IMG/VR virus record: IMGVR_UViG_3300035034_001349
Location: 1 to 64,000 of that record
DNA from: a virus
DNA: 64,000 bases
Reading direction: 5' to 3' (one strand)
Under the pieces are notes generated by a model. The model saw nothing but the letters and a program-made list of their open reading frames with translations. It was not told where the DNA came from and did not search any database. This document shows positions 31,156 through 41,710 of this stretch, piece after piece. The translations under genes were made by a program, and so were the position numbers. Position 1 is the first letter of the stretch, and each line of letters opens with the position of its first letter.

Positions 31156-31848
31156 CTATTCACCTTCCCTAAATATTCTACTTTCATAAAGGTATACAGT
31201 TGAAAGATTATTAGTTGCTAGAGAAGAAATTTTCTCTCTCATTTCTTCATCCTTGTTGTATCCATACTTAGGTATAAAGAATGACTTATTATAAGAATTA
31301 GTATTCTTAAGTACATCATATATGTTATCCAAACAGTCATCAATAAATAAATCATATTCAATACCTAACTCATTTATAGCTTCAGACTTTTTAGTATCTC
31401 CATCTACTGAAATAAAGGTTATATTCTCAGTACCTAAATATTTAGCAACCCATCTTTTCTTATAATCTTCTGTACCTTCTATTACTTTAGTCACTATATA
31501 GATATGTTCAATCTCACCTCTATCAAGTAGTATTTTCAGAGTCATTCCGAAATTAGTTATTCTACAATTAGAGTAAAATTTATCATTATCTTTATATAAC
31601 CCTAAGAATAAGTCAAATACTTCTTCAGGCAATTCTTTACCATTTGATAGCCAATTATTTAGATAATATTCATCTCTGTTTAAGACGTGCATCATACTAT
31701 AATCAAAATCTAAGTCCATATATTCTGAAAAATGTGTCTTATTTTCCAATAATAAATATGTCCACAATGGGGATATAAGAGTTAATACCTCATCCATATC
31801 AGTTGCTATTTTCTTTTTATTTTTAAGATTTGAAAGTTTCTCTAACAA
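31156..31848 (-). CDS. HAD-family 5'(3')-deoxyribonucleotidase-like phosphatase
   Basis: Motif I DMDEVL, motif II VTK, K..W, motif IV DLFIDD. Confidence 0.8.
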   Translation of the reverse strand: MLEKLSNLKNKKKIATDMDEVLTLISPLWTYLLLENKTHFSEYMDLDFDYSMMHVLNRDEYYLNNWLSNGKELPEEVFDLFLGLYKDNDKFYSNCRITNFGMTLKILLDRGEIEHIYIVTKVIEGTEDYKKRWVAKYLGTENITFISVDGDTKKSEAINELGIEYDLFIDDCLDNIYDVLKNTNSYNKSFFIPKYGYNKDEEMREKISSLATNNLSTVYLYESRIFREGE

Positions 31849-31923
31849 TTAAAATTCCTCCTCAATTCAAAAAAATTAATCAATATTATATTGTGAGTAT
31901 AATATTGATTAACTTATATTTAT

Positions 31924-32709
31924 TTAGTCATTAAACATTCCTTTAATAGTACTCTTTTCAACTTTCTGTGTTTCTACAGACTCAGCTTCTTCATTCTTTT
32001 GCTTCTTATTACTTCTTGAAGAAATACCACGTGTCTTCTTACTTCTAGAACCTTTAGCAATTCCGCCACGTACATTTCTTGAACTTGTTGATGCTTTTAA
32101 ACTATAGTGTGAGTTGAATAAACCACCAGCAAATGAAATAGATGTCTTGATTACTTCATAGAATGATAAGAATTCTACATTAATTGCTAACTCATTACCT
32201 TCGCCAGTCTCTGGATCTACGTCTGTCATTATTGTTTGGATTCTATTTAATTGGTGAGTATATTGGCTTTTAATTTCACCATTTTCATATACATAAATAT
32301 TAATAATAATAATAGTGTTACCCTTTTCATCAAGGTCAGATACAATTTCAAGTAATGAACCTGTCATATCTTCTTGATTTACATGGTTCAGTTCAGTCTG
32401 AGATATTTTACCCAAGAACATTAGGTTCAATGCCTTCTCTAATCTGATTAACTCAAATTGTGTTAATGAAAAGAAACCTTCATCATAAATTGTTGTACTA
32501 CCCTTTTTCTCTAATTCAATCTTCTTACCACTATCACTTAATGGAATAATTTTAATTAAAGTATTAATGTAGCCTTTGTCTTTATCTTCTCTTACGCCTA
32601 CACTTAAAATCTGCTTATTATCATCACTATATTCCCAATATGTTACATCATCCCTGCTGTATTTATAGTTTGGCTTATCGCTTTTTGTACCTTTTCCTTT
32701 TCTTGCCAT
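31924..32709 (-). CDS. Hypothetical protein, possibly nucleic-acid binding
   Basis: 261 aa, basic N- and C-terminal tails, strong SD. Confidence 0.7.
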   Translation of the reverse strand: MARKGKGTKSDKPNYKYSRDDVTYWEYSDDNKQILSVGVREDKDKGYINTLIKIIPLSDSGKKIELEKKGSTTIYDEGFFSLTQFELIRLEKALNLMFLGKISQTELNHVNQEDMTGSLLEIVSDLDEKGNTIIIINIYVYENGEIKSQYTHQLNRIQTIMTDVDPETGEGNELAINVEFLSFYEVIKTSISFAGGLFNSHYSLKASTSSRNVRGGIAKGSRSKKTRGISSRSNKKQKNEEAESVETQKVEKSTIKGMFND

Positions 32710-32764
32710 TGTTAAATTCCTCCTTAGAATATTCTTCTCATTTGTAATAAATAGTTTAAATTAA

Positions 32765-33018
32765 ATAAAAAATATGGGAACGCTACTTCCCATAATAAAG
32801 CTCTAAAGCTTTTTAAGATCTAAGTCTTAGCTAGTCATCACTCCCTAATAGTATGCCAAACACTTGCAATACTATAAAACGACTTAATCCCGCACTAGGC
32901 TTGGTGACTGCATAATTACATAAAACGGTTGGCGTGTACTCCACCAGTTTTACTATATACAGTTCTTAGGAGTGTAGCAATAGCAAGGTTTATAGCGGTG
33001 ACTACTTAACCTTTATCT
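32765..33018 (-). ncRNA. Candidate structured ncRNA with its own early promoter and terminator
   Basis: Early motif at 33019-33037. GC-enriched sequence with multiple hairpins and no ORF in the track. Terminator TATGGGAA-GTAGCG-TTCCCATA-TTTTTT at ~32766-32794. Confidence 0.55.
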
Positions 33019-33039
33019 ATCATAATAATAATATATATT

Positions 33040-35019
33040 TTAAAAGTCTATTATATTCGAGTAATATGTTTTCTGGTCTGTTAACTTTAGTTCTTTGAAT
33101 CCTAGTGATTTAAGTATTATTAAACCATGTCTAATATTATCCCCTACAATTTCATTAACTGCAATATAAGGTCTAATCCATTCAGGAATATTATCTACAT
33201 TCTTTGGGAATGCAATAGTTGTAAAACCAAATCTACTTACATCAAAGCTAGGTTCACCTGGGAGTGGCTTTATACCATTCTCATCTAAATGGAATACTTC
33301 TTTCATTAATATCTTATATTCTTCTTCATGACCATTTTCTAATAAATCTTTTAAGTCTTCTGGATTACCAGCATTCAATTTTAACAAGTTAATTTTCTCT
33401 GGTGGTGCGATTGGATCATTAGGGAATAACTCATTATGAATGATAGTACCACGTAATTGAGCCATTCTATCAGGAAATGCATAATTGCTTGATGGATTAA
33501 CTTTAAATGGTGTAGTAAACGTCATTTCACCTTTAGCAAGACTCTCATTAACTTCAGCTTCAAATGCCTTAAATTCTTTTAGTACTCTAGATAGTGATAT
33601 ATCATCACTGCCTAATATTTCATCTTCAATAACTTTTGTTAATACTTCTTCAACTCGCTTACTAACATTAGATTTCTTAATCGATAAGCCTTTCATATCA
33701 GTTATAGGTGGGTCTAACATAACACCTTCTCGTGATAATAGTCTACCTACATACTGTTTCTTATTTTCAGTAGACATAAACTTCTCGTATAAATACTCAT
33801 TCTTCATATTTATTATGGGTTGCTTTTCTTCACTTAAGTTACAATTCTCTGTTAATCTCTTTAGTGATGCTTCTATAAAGTGAGTTAAGAAGTATACACC
33901 TATGTTAACTACACTTATAGTATCTTCTTTAGTATCTTCTACTTCAAATCTTTCAGATATAAATTCATAGAATGGATTCATATAGATAAAGTTAGAATCT
34001 GTATCTACTGTTAATATAGACTCTCTTTTATCTTTGATAGCACGTTCATATCTATCATATATACTATGGTCATGATATACAAATTCTTCAAGTAAATCCC
34101 ATAGTAAATCAAGATTAGTAGATATTTCCTCATTAGCATCACCTGCATCAAGGAACTCTGTTCCGACTACATTACTTAAACAATTCATAGCCATATCACA
34201 TGCATCAAGAAATTTATATATTTGATTCTTATAGTAAATTACATTACGTTGTTCTTGATTAAGTAGTGACACTAAATTCCGAACTTCCTCAAATCCTTCA
34301 GTATCTTTTACCATACCCTCTAGATAAACTAATAACTCATCTTCATCTATGAATGAATCTTCTCTTATAATCTCACTAATTATAAATTCAGAGTCTATGA
34401 TAACATCAGTCATAAATTGAAGCATTTCAGATACATTATTTAGTTTTATATTATTACTTAGAAATCTCTCAAAACTCAACATACTGTGTGTAATAATCTG
34501 AACTCCCGTATATGTTACTGAAGCCGCAACTCTATTATTATAGAACTGACTTGTAGGCATACCTGATGCACCGTAGTATGAGTTTGCAAGTAATTTAAGC
34601 ACTGAGCCTTGGAGTCTGTCTAACGCTTTTGCTAATTCTTCATTACCATCTTTCTTAGCTTCAAACATTCTCTGCTTGGCATCATTACGTTCACTAAGTA
34701 AATAGTCAAGCATGCTTGTTATTAAGTTATTTGTTTCATCATGTTGCTTATAGAATACCCCGAAACCTGTTAGGATATCACCTTTCTTCATAAAATTATC
34801 AAGTAAATCTAGTAACTTGAATTTACCTTCTTTTTGTTTATAATCATTACTGAAGATAGCATCAGGTGATTCAAGCCTCTCATCAATTATAACATCTACT
34901 TGTCTACTTAATTCATCTTCATCTATATCTGGTTTGCTTAGACGAAGACCATTCATTATTTGCTCCTTGTATTCATTAATAAATATTGAATCTTTATTCT
35001 CCATTGACACTCCTTTCAT
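33040..35019 (-). CDS. Family B DNA polymerase, polymerase (fingers/palm/thumb) subunit of a split enzyme
   Basis: KLLANSYYG, VDTDS, KKQYVG, MKGL; AACA CATGAT TA at 35026-35037. Confidence 0.9.
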   Translation of the reverse strand: MKGVSMENKDSIFINEYKEQIMNGLRLSKPDIDEDELSRQVDVIIDERLESPDAIFSNDYKQKEGKFKLLDLLDNFMKKGDILTGFGVFYKQHDETNNLITSMLDYLLSERNDAKQRMFEAKKDGNEELAKALDRLQGSVLKLLANSYYGASGMPTSQFYNNRVAASVTYTGVQIITHSMLSFERFLSNNIKLNNVSEMLQFMTDVIIDSEFIISEIIREDSFIDEDELLVYLEGMVKDTEGFEEVRNLVSLLNQEQRNVIYYKNQIYKFLDACDMAMNCLSNVVGTEFLDAGDANEEISTNLDLLWDLLEEFVYHDHSIYDRYERAIKDKRESILTVDTDSNFIYMNPFYEFISERFEVEDTKEDTISVVNIGVYFLTHFIEASLKRLTENCNLSEEKQPIINMKNEYLYEKFMSTENKKQYVGRLLSREGVMLDPPITDMKGLSIKKSNVSKRVEEVLTKVIEDEILGSDDISLSRVLKEFKAFEAEVNESLAKGEMTFTTPFKVNPSSNYAFPDRMAQLRGTIIHNELFPNDPIAPPEKINLLKLNAGNPEDLKDLLENGHEEEYKILMKEVFHLDENGIKPLPGEPSFDVSRFGFTTIAFPKNVDNIPEWIRPYIAVNEIVGDNIRHGLIILKSLGFKELKLTDQKTYYSNIIDF

Positions 35020-35053
35020 AAAATATAATCATGTGTTATTTTTAAACCAAAAA

Positions 35054-35475
35054 TTAGATAGATACATCCCACGATTTACCAGTAAACTTATTCTTAGTAT
35101 CACATATCTCACACTTTGTTTTACTAAGTATAAATACTGTTATAGTATCACCCTTTATTATATTACCACACTTGATATGTTTTAGGGTAAAAGGTCTGTC
35201 ATATGATAACGCTGTTAGTGGTTCGTATTCGTCGCTATCTAACATTTCTAATAAGAATTTATGCTCATTAGTCCTCTTTAATCTTGAACACTCTGGACAC
35301 CGTCCACCTGAGAATAAGAAACTATTAGGTATAACTTTCCAAGAATGACCACAGTAATTATGTCTTACCATTAATTTTGTATGTGAATTAGTGTATGAAT
35401 CAATGACACTATATTCATCCCAGCTAATTCTTCAACTTCATTTTCAAATTCTTCTTGTGTTTTAGCTCTGCTCAT
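35054..35475 (-). pseudogene. Frameshifted Zn-ribbon-repeat protein (homing-endonuclease-associated type), no nuclease domain seen
   Basis: MSRAKTQEEFENEVEELAG / DEYSVIDSYTNSHTKLMVRHNYCGH..RCPEC joins only if one base is added at GGG near 35420. Confidence 0.65.
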
Positions 35476-36436
35476 ATCTTCTAACTTCTAAACCTTTTTC
35501 TCCATATAATAAATGAATTAATAGGTTATCTATATCCTCTTTTTCATTTTCTTCAATAGTATTACCTTCCACTAATAGATTTAATACAAGTTTACGTATC
35601 CTTAAATTATTGTAATATCTATCAGTATTAAAGTCTACATTCGCTAGAAGGTGCTCTAGTACCTCAGATACAATTTCTGAAGTACTAGTAATATTTGGTA
35701 ATTTATCCACAGGAGTATCTATAAATGCAAGTAAATGAGATTCAATAGCAGTACTAAGCCCATCATCTCGTTGCATTTTAGAAATGATTTCATTAATTTC
35801 ATCGGTTCTTTCTAACCTTCTATTGAAATTGAACTCATCATCAGTTTTTTCTAAATTATTATAAGGATTATATTCATCTTCTTCATTATTATCTTCATTT
35901 ATTATAACAAATTCAACCATATCACTTGTCTTAGCATGCTCAATCATTGCACTTTCCCTAAACTTTTTATCAGATACTACACGCTTAATACCAGCTGATA
36001 TCAAAGCCTTAGCACAGTCATTACATGGACTATGAGTTGTATATGCAGTAGCACCATTTATACCTATATTATTCTTACTTGCCTTAGTGATGGCATTTAT
36101 TTCCGCATGTACTTCATACATTTTAGACCATTCTCTATGTGCAAGAGGAATTGAATTCCCTCCATATAGTTCTAACCACTTATCACTATTTACTTTGTTT
36201 TCACCATCTTCATGTGTATACAATTCATTACAATTTACATCACCTGATATAGTTCCATTTAATCCTATTGAAAGAATATTATTATCTCTAACTATAATGC
36301 ATGCTACCTGCTTGCTAGCACATTTACTATGTGTAGCCATTAATTTAGCCATACTTAAATAGGTTTTATCCCACTCTCTATTATCTGTATTATAACTATT
36401 AACCAATTTCATTGTAGTTACTGTCATATATTTCAC
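35462..36436 (-). CDS. dCMP deaminase with ~140-aa C-terminal extension
   Basis: SKC..QV, GLNG, HAEINAI, SPCNDC. Confidence 0.9.
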   Translation of the reverse strand: MKYMTVTTMKLVNSYNTDNREWDKTYLSMAKLMATHSKCASKQVACIIVRDNNILSIGLNGTISGDVNCNELYTHEDGENKVNSDKWLELYGGNSIPLAHREWSKMYEVHAEINAITKASKNNIGINGATAYTTHSPCNDCAKALISAGIKRVVSDKKFRESAMIEHAKTSDMVEFVIINEDNNEEDEYNPYNNLEKTDDEFNFNRRLERTDEINEIISKMQRDDGLSTAIESHLLAFIDTPVDKLPNITSTSEIVSEVLEHLLANVDFNTDRYYNNLRIRKLVLNLLVEGNTIEENEKEDIDNLLIHLLYGEKGLEVRRYEQS

Positions 36437-36493
36437 CCCTTTATATTAAAAAAAGATAGGAACATAGAAAATGTCCTATCTTTATAATTTACT

Positions 36494-37270
36494 CTAATCA
36501 ACCTTAACAATTCGTCCGTAATCAATAATACTTAACACTGATTTATTATCTAAGCTATTATCTTCTGTTGTAAAGATAGTTAACTTACCGTTAATATTTG
36601 ATTTATTAAACATTTTTAAAGCTTGAACCATTGAATTTCTAGCTGAATCCATATTGCCGTCAGATGCAACATTATAACCAGTGGATACAATAGTGTTATC
36701 TATTGTAAAGACTGTTGCATCATTTCCAAATTCACTTAATTTTCTTAATTCTTTAGTTAAGTTAACTACAATTTCTTCAAATTCTTTACTCTTATCATAC
36801 TTATATGACTCTTTAATGTTTGATATATCTAAGTCCTGAATAAAAGTTGAACTTTGACTTTTCATTCTCCGTTCTATAATAAATTCACTAACATCAGATG
36901 TAAATTCAATATCAACATTTGTCACATCATTTTCCCAAGATTGCATTTCAATTGCACCACTACCTAAAGTAATTACTGCAAAGCTCTTAGTGTTAATAAA
37001 TTCTTCCTTATCTGGTGCTAGGATTAAACCATACTCTCCAGTCTTCTCATTAAGAGCAATAGAACCTATATAATTAGACAGCTCACCTATATTGTCTTCG
37101 TTTTTTAAATACTCCTTAGAAAACTCAGTGACCATCTCTATATGCTTTTCTAATAGTTCATTCAGATTATCAAAGTCCTTATCAGTTATACATTCAATTA
37201 AATCTATTAATACAATAGTTACATTGTTCTCTAATTCCTTATCTTTAATCAGTCCTAAAGTGTTCTCCAT
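36494..37270 (-). CDS. Hypothetical protein
   Basis: 258 aa, SD present. Confidence 0.75.
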   Translation of the reverse strand: MENTLGLIKDKELENNVTIVLIDLIECITDKDFDNLNELLEKHIEMVTEFSKEYLKNEDNIGELSNYIGSIALNEKTGEYGLILAPDKEEFINTKSFAVITLGSGAIEMQSWENDVTNVDIEFTSDVSEFIIERRMKSQSSTFIQDLDISNIKESYKYDKSKEFEEIVVNLTKELRKLSEFGNDATVFTIDNTIVSTGYNVASDGNMDSARNSMVQALKMFNKSNINGKLTIFTTEDNSLDNKSVLSIIDYGRIVKVD

Positions 37271-37293
37271 AAATAATCATCACTCCCACTCTT

Positions 37294-38094
37294 TTAAAAA
37301 TCTACAACATTGAAAAATTGACTATACTTATACCTATTTCTAATCTCTATATTTATCTCTATAGTATAGATATCATTATCAAGGTCAGTGAAATATAACG
37401 CTACATAACCTTTACCCTTTTTAGTAAATTTACTAAAGTATCTATAATTAAACTTAACTAATAAAAAGTTCTCATCCAAAGGCTTTTTGAAAGTTAGTTT
37501 TTTACTGTCTAAATTAATATAGATATTAGCATCATCTCTAAGGTCTTTCATTTCCTGAAATTGGTCATAGTCTATAGGCATTTTAAATATAATTACATCA
37601 TCAATACTTTTTCTAAAATTTTTAAGTAACTCCATATCATCCCTATACTTATCTTTATCTACAATAGTTTCATAGAACTCACCATCTTCAGTTTCAATTC
37701 TAAATAATCCCTTGTCATGATTATAGATTATTCTAGACATAATATCTTTTCTCTTAACTTTATTATCATTCTTCTTATTGTAAAAATCATAAAATGACAT
37801 TTTATCGTCATCATATTCATCTTCATTAAAGGTTCTCATCATCACTAACTTACCCTTGAAGAACTCAATAAAATCATCTTTTCTACTGTATTTCTTTTCA
37901 TATGGAACACCTGTGATTATTGGTGTAATTTGTTCATCATCAATAGCAATCACTTCATTGTCATCAATAAAATAATAATACCCTGATGAGTCAAAATTCT
38001 TTTTGAATCCTTGATTCAGATGATGTAGAAACCATAGTATTGAATCTACTTTTTCTTTATCATCAATTATTATATCATCTGACATCTTTATCAC
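37294..38094 (-). CDS. Hypothetical protein (early)
   Basis: 266 aa, early motif at ~38131-38142. Confidence 0.75.
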   Translation of the reverse strand: MIKMSDDIIIDDKEKVDSILWFLHHLNQGFKKNFDSSGYYYFIDDNEVIAIDDEQITPIITGVPYEKKYSRKDDFIEFFKGKLVMMRTFNEDEYDDDKMSFYDFYNKKNDNKVKRKDIMSRIIYNHDKGLFRIETEDGEFYETIVDKDKYRDDMELLKNFRKSIDDVIIFKMPIDYDQFQEMKDLRDDANIYINLDSKKLTFKKPLDENFLLVKFNYRYFSKFTKKGKGYVALYFTDLDNDIYTIEINIEIRNRYKYSQFFNVVDF

Positions 38095-38147
38095 CCCTCT
38101 CTAGTTATATAAAATATCACTCAACCAATTTTATAATATATACTTTA

Positions 38148-40016
38148 TTATGAGACTAATTCTATCATTTCTTTTAGGTTAGGTAAGTTGAAGTACTCTT
38201 TACCTAAACTTATATAATCTCTACTGGATAATTTATCAACAAAGTCATAACCTTTATCCTCTGATAATAATCCCTCTTTACGTATCTTTCTATATACATC
38301 TGGATATTCTTTCTTACATGCTTCTATCCATAGATCACTACCAATACCATACTTATCAATATCATCTAAGAATATTTGTTTTTCATCTAATAATTCAATT
38401 ATATCATTTTTCTTATTTTCAAGTTCTAAACTATCATATAGAATGATCTTACCACGTTGTGTAGTAATATCTATATTAAATGCAGATAGTATAGATGGGT
38501 ATAATGAAGATAAGTCCATATCGATAACTAAATCAAATACAAATTTAGAGTTTTTACCATTAATCTTAACCCCCACATTCTTATTTAACTTAGGATTAGC
38601 CACATACGCACCACGGAACTTACCACTTATAGGTCTAACTCCTCCATAATTTTTATTTCTATTATTACTAAGAATGTAGTCTTGTTGGAAATAGTATTTA
38701 ATAGCTAGGTTCTTAAGACAAATAGTCTTTTTTAGTGCTTTAATATTTCTAGTATTTGTCATAGAAGCAATCATATCTAAAGTTTCTATATCTTCATTAT
38801 TATCTTCAAGTAAACCCAATAGCATAACATCATGAATATTGTATTCAACAAAACGTTCATAATTTTTATATGGGAAATTCTTTATATCAATTCCTTCATT
38901 ATTAGGATCTATTGGTAACTTTTGTTCATTTATTTCTTCTTCAACAATAGCATCTAATTTATATGATTCTTTTTGTCCACTTACCTTACGTAAGTTTGCA
39001 TATAAAAGTAGTAAATCATTATATTGAGTATATGAAGCACATTTAAAGTAGTCACCTTTATCAGTAAATTTATTATTGTAATCATCATCATAATAGTATG
39101 CCATCTTATAGGGCATATCTGGATGACTAACTAATTCATCAGCTTCTATTCCACCTTGATTTTTAGCACGATTAATTAACGTAAGAATATCAAACTTCAT
39201 ATTCCACGCATTGTTAAAATCAGGTTTAGTGATATTGACTATATTGAAGTAATCTTTAATTAACTCAACCTCATCATCATAGAATTTAGTCTTAAATGTA
39301 ATATCTAAACCATATTGGTCTTTATACTTCTTGTTCATTCTCTTATTAAATTCATCTATATTCTTTTCAAACTCAGGAATTTGTGGATTTGGTCTAGAAG
39401 CATGTCTTAATAGCAATGTGAATGATGTTTCACTTTCTCTATCCCAATGTGTTATAGCATTTACTGGAGCTTCAGCTTTAGATTCTTCTGGGAATCCATC
39501 TACATCAATACCATCTACCTCGATATCAAAATATGCCTTAGTTGGTTTGTAATCGCTTTCTTCCATAGGATTATCTAACATATGCTTTGATATATAATAA
39601 TCTTCTATATTCATATCACTTCTATGAACATTTGGGTCTAAATGTAATTTTCTTGCATGACCTGCATTGCCACTCTTTAAGCAGTCATAAAAGAATGAGG
39701 TATTGTAGTTAACTTCTTCCTCATATACCCTAGATTCTAATTCATCTAGTTCATTAGCTACACTTTTTAATAAATCCCTATTATTAACCTCTACAAAATT
39801 TACCTTCTCAGGTTCTATATGTGCAGTAGGTATTTCTTGGTAATGCTCTGGTTTATTTATGAAATATAACATCTTTGGATCACTTACTAACTCAAAATAC
39901 TTCTCTCCAGTTTCCTCATTTCTAAGTATCTTAATTAGTTTATCATTAAACTTATTTCCTTTTCCATACTTCTGTGGGAAGTATATTGTATTAATTAATT
40001 TTATTCTATCTCCCAT
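38148..40016 (-). CDS. Family B DNA polymerase, 3'-5' exonuclease plus motif A subunit of a split enzyme
   Basis: ExoI FDIEVD, ExoII WNMKFD, YKLD, ExoIII YNIHD, GAYV, motif A DLSSLYPS; AACA AATCAA TA at 40057-40068. Confidence 0.9.
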   Translation of the reverse strand: MGDRIKLINTIYFPQKYGKGNKFNDKLIKILRNEETGEKYFELVSDPKMLYFINKPEHYQEIPTAHIEPEKVNFVEVNNRDLLKSVANELDELESRVYEEEVNYNTSFFYDCLKSGNAGHARKLHLDPNVHRSDMNIEDYYISKHMLDNPMEESDYKPTKAYFDIEVDGIDVDGFPEESKAEAPVNAITHWDRESETSFTLLLRHASRPNPQIPEFEKNIDEFNKRMNKKYKDQYGLDITFKTKFYDDEVELIKDYFNIVNITKPDFNNAWNMKFDILTLINRAKNQGGIEADELVSHPDMPYKMAYYYDDDYNNKFTDKGDYFKCASYTQYNDLLLLYANLRKVSGQKESYKLDAIVEEEINEQKLPIDPNNEGIDIKNFPYKNYERFVEYNIHDVMLLGLLEDNNEDIETLDMIASMTNTRNIKALKKTICLKNLAIKYYFQQDYILSNNRNKNYGGVRPISGKFRGAYVANPKLNKNVGVKINGKNSKFVFDLVIDMDLSSLYPSILSAFNIDITTQRGKIILYDSLELENKKNDIIELLDEKQIFLDDIDKYGIGSDLWIEACKKEYPDVYRKIRKEGLLSEDKGYDFVDKLSSRDYISLGKEYFNLPNLKEMIELVS

Positions 40017-40099
40017 GAACTTTCAACCGCCCTTTCATTTATTTTCTCTTAAAGTTTATTGATTTGTTAATAGTTATTTTATGCAAAAAAATAGTGAAA

Positions 40100-40591
40100 T
40101 TATTCCTGACTTGCAGATATAATCCCACTGATTTTTGCAGTCTTAAAGAAGCCTTCTTCATAGACATAACTTGTTGAAAAAGATAGTTCTACAGAAAGGA
40201 TTCCATTGTAATCACCTGTCATTATTTTAAACAAGTCTGTCTTAAATTCATTAGCGAAGTTGTTTTCAAGTGTATATTCATTTATTAGTCTATAATCGAT
40301 GTGTTTCTTTATATCATTCTCTTTTTCTTTAAATATTAATATACTGCCATTCTCATACATAATAAATATAAAATTCATATTATCTATTTCAAGTTTTATA
40401 AAATTTGAGTATGTCTTATTGATTTCTACATCCATTCTAAGTTCACTAGTTACGATTTCTAATATAGTATACAACTTATCTATATTCACTAAGATCTTCA
40501 TTTTTTCATAATAATCAGTAGGTGACAAATCTAAAAATTCACTCTTAATTTTATTATATTTACTAGAAACTTTATTAAGATTCATATTCAC
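40100..40591 (-). CDS. Paralog-array member
   Basis: NEFKTDLFKIMTG motif. Confidence 0.75.
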   Translation of the reverse strand: MNMNLNKVSSKYNKIKSEFLDLSPTDYYEKMKILVNIDKLYTILEIVTSELRMDVEINKTYSNFIKLEIDNMNFIFIMYENGSILIFKEKENDIKKHIDYRLINEYTLENNFANEFKTDLFKIMTGDYNGILSVELSFSTSYVYEEGFFKTAKISGIISASQE

Positions 40592-41063
40592 CTAATTCCT
40601 TTATAAAATTGCTAATACCTTCATTAATATCTATAACGGATAAACTAAACATAAAATCTCTTGTGAGTTTATCAACTCTAAGATTGAAAGTCGCATAGAA
40701 TATAGGGGATCTATCAGGGATTCCATTCATATGAAGTTTAAGTAATTCAATTATTATACTATCTCTTAATTCATCTGATAATATACTGCTTTTTCCACTA
40801 CATATATTTAACAATAGAGCAATAGACTGTGTATCATCATCAATTGATAATAATTCCAACTTATTATCATGTGTAATCAATATACCTAATTCAGTACCAT
40901 TAAGTGAAAATTTAACTATATTACTTCTATGGTCATTAATAAACAACTCATGAACACTTACTTTCATTCCTGATTCTATTCTAAGGTCTACTAGTATTTT
41001 CCTTATACTTTTCTGGACTTGATTGGAGTAAAGATACCGTGCAATGGATAATTTATTTTTCAT
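40575..41063 (-). CDS. Paralog-array member (divergent)
   Basis: Helix-beta-helix pattern, IIIELLKLHMNG. Confidence 0.7.
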   Translation of the reverse strand: MKNKLSIARYLYSNQVQKSIRKILVDLRIESGMKVSVHELFINDHRSNIVKFSLNGTELGILITHDNKLELLSIDDDTQSIALLLNICSGKSSILSDELRDSIIIELLKLHMNGIPDRSPIFYATFNLRVDKLTRDFMFSLSVIDINEGISNFIKELGEYES

Positions 41064-41236
41064 ATTATATTACCTCCTTAATCGCCATAATATACACTTG
41101 CATTCATAACTATCTTTTCATGTATTTTCTTATTTAGGTTGTCAATATTTGTTATATTGAATCTTCTATGCTTATCATATTGCTTTTCAAGTGCATATAA
41201 AATCTTAAAATCCACTAATGGTTTTACCCTTTCATT

Positions 41237-41689
41237 TTATACTGCAGTCAAAGAATAACCTAGTATTGATGGATGCTTACTTAGTCTATATGTGTTTCCA
41301 TGATCTTCAGTAAATATACATGTTTGCAAATTATCCATTCCAATTTCATTACCTACAAATATCTTAAATAGCTCAGATTTAAAAGAGGCTAGATCAGTAT
41401 AATTATATTCCCCAATGACTTTATAAATGTTGGACCAACTTACATTAACAGTAAGTGTTACGTTATCCCTAATTAATATTGCATATTCCGTTCCCCACAC
41501 TCTTAAACGTATTACATTGCACCTCGACTCTATAAGCTGATCTAAAGTGTCATAATAATATTTAGTATCACCAGATTTAGGTATACCAAATATACTGTAA
41601 AGTATATTATATACAACATCAAGCGATTCTATTAAGTTATAGTCAGGTTTTCCAGGTTTACTTACTTTAACTTTCTTTCTATAATGCAA
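41237..41689 (-). CDS. Paralog-array member
   Basis: ASFKSELFKIFVG. Confidence 0.75.
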   Translation of the reverse strand: MHYRKKVKVSKPGKPDYNLIESLDVVYNILYSIFGIPKSGDTKYYYDTLDQLIESRCNVIRLRVWGTEYAILIRDNVTLTVNVSWSNIYKVIGEYNYTDLASFKSELFKIFVGNEIGMDNLQTCIFTEDHGNTYRLSKHPSILGYSLTAV

Positions 41690-41710
41690 CAGTACGCACC
41701 TCCTTTAATA

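Noticed and set aside
32880-32925. Twister-ribozyme-like CAGTCACCAAGCC segment in the candidate ncRNA
   Set aside because: I could not place the flanking stem and pseudoknot partners required by the twister consensus.
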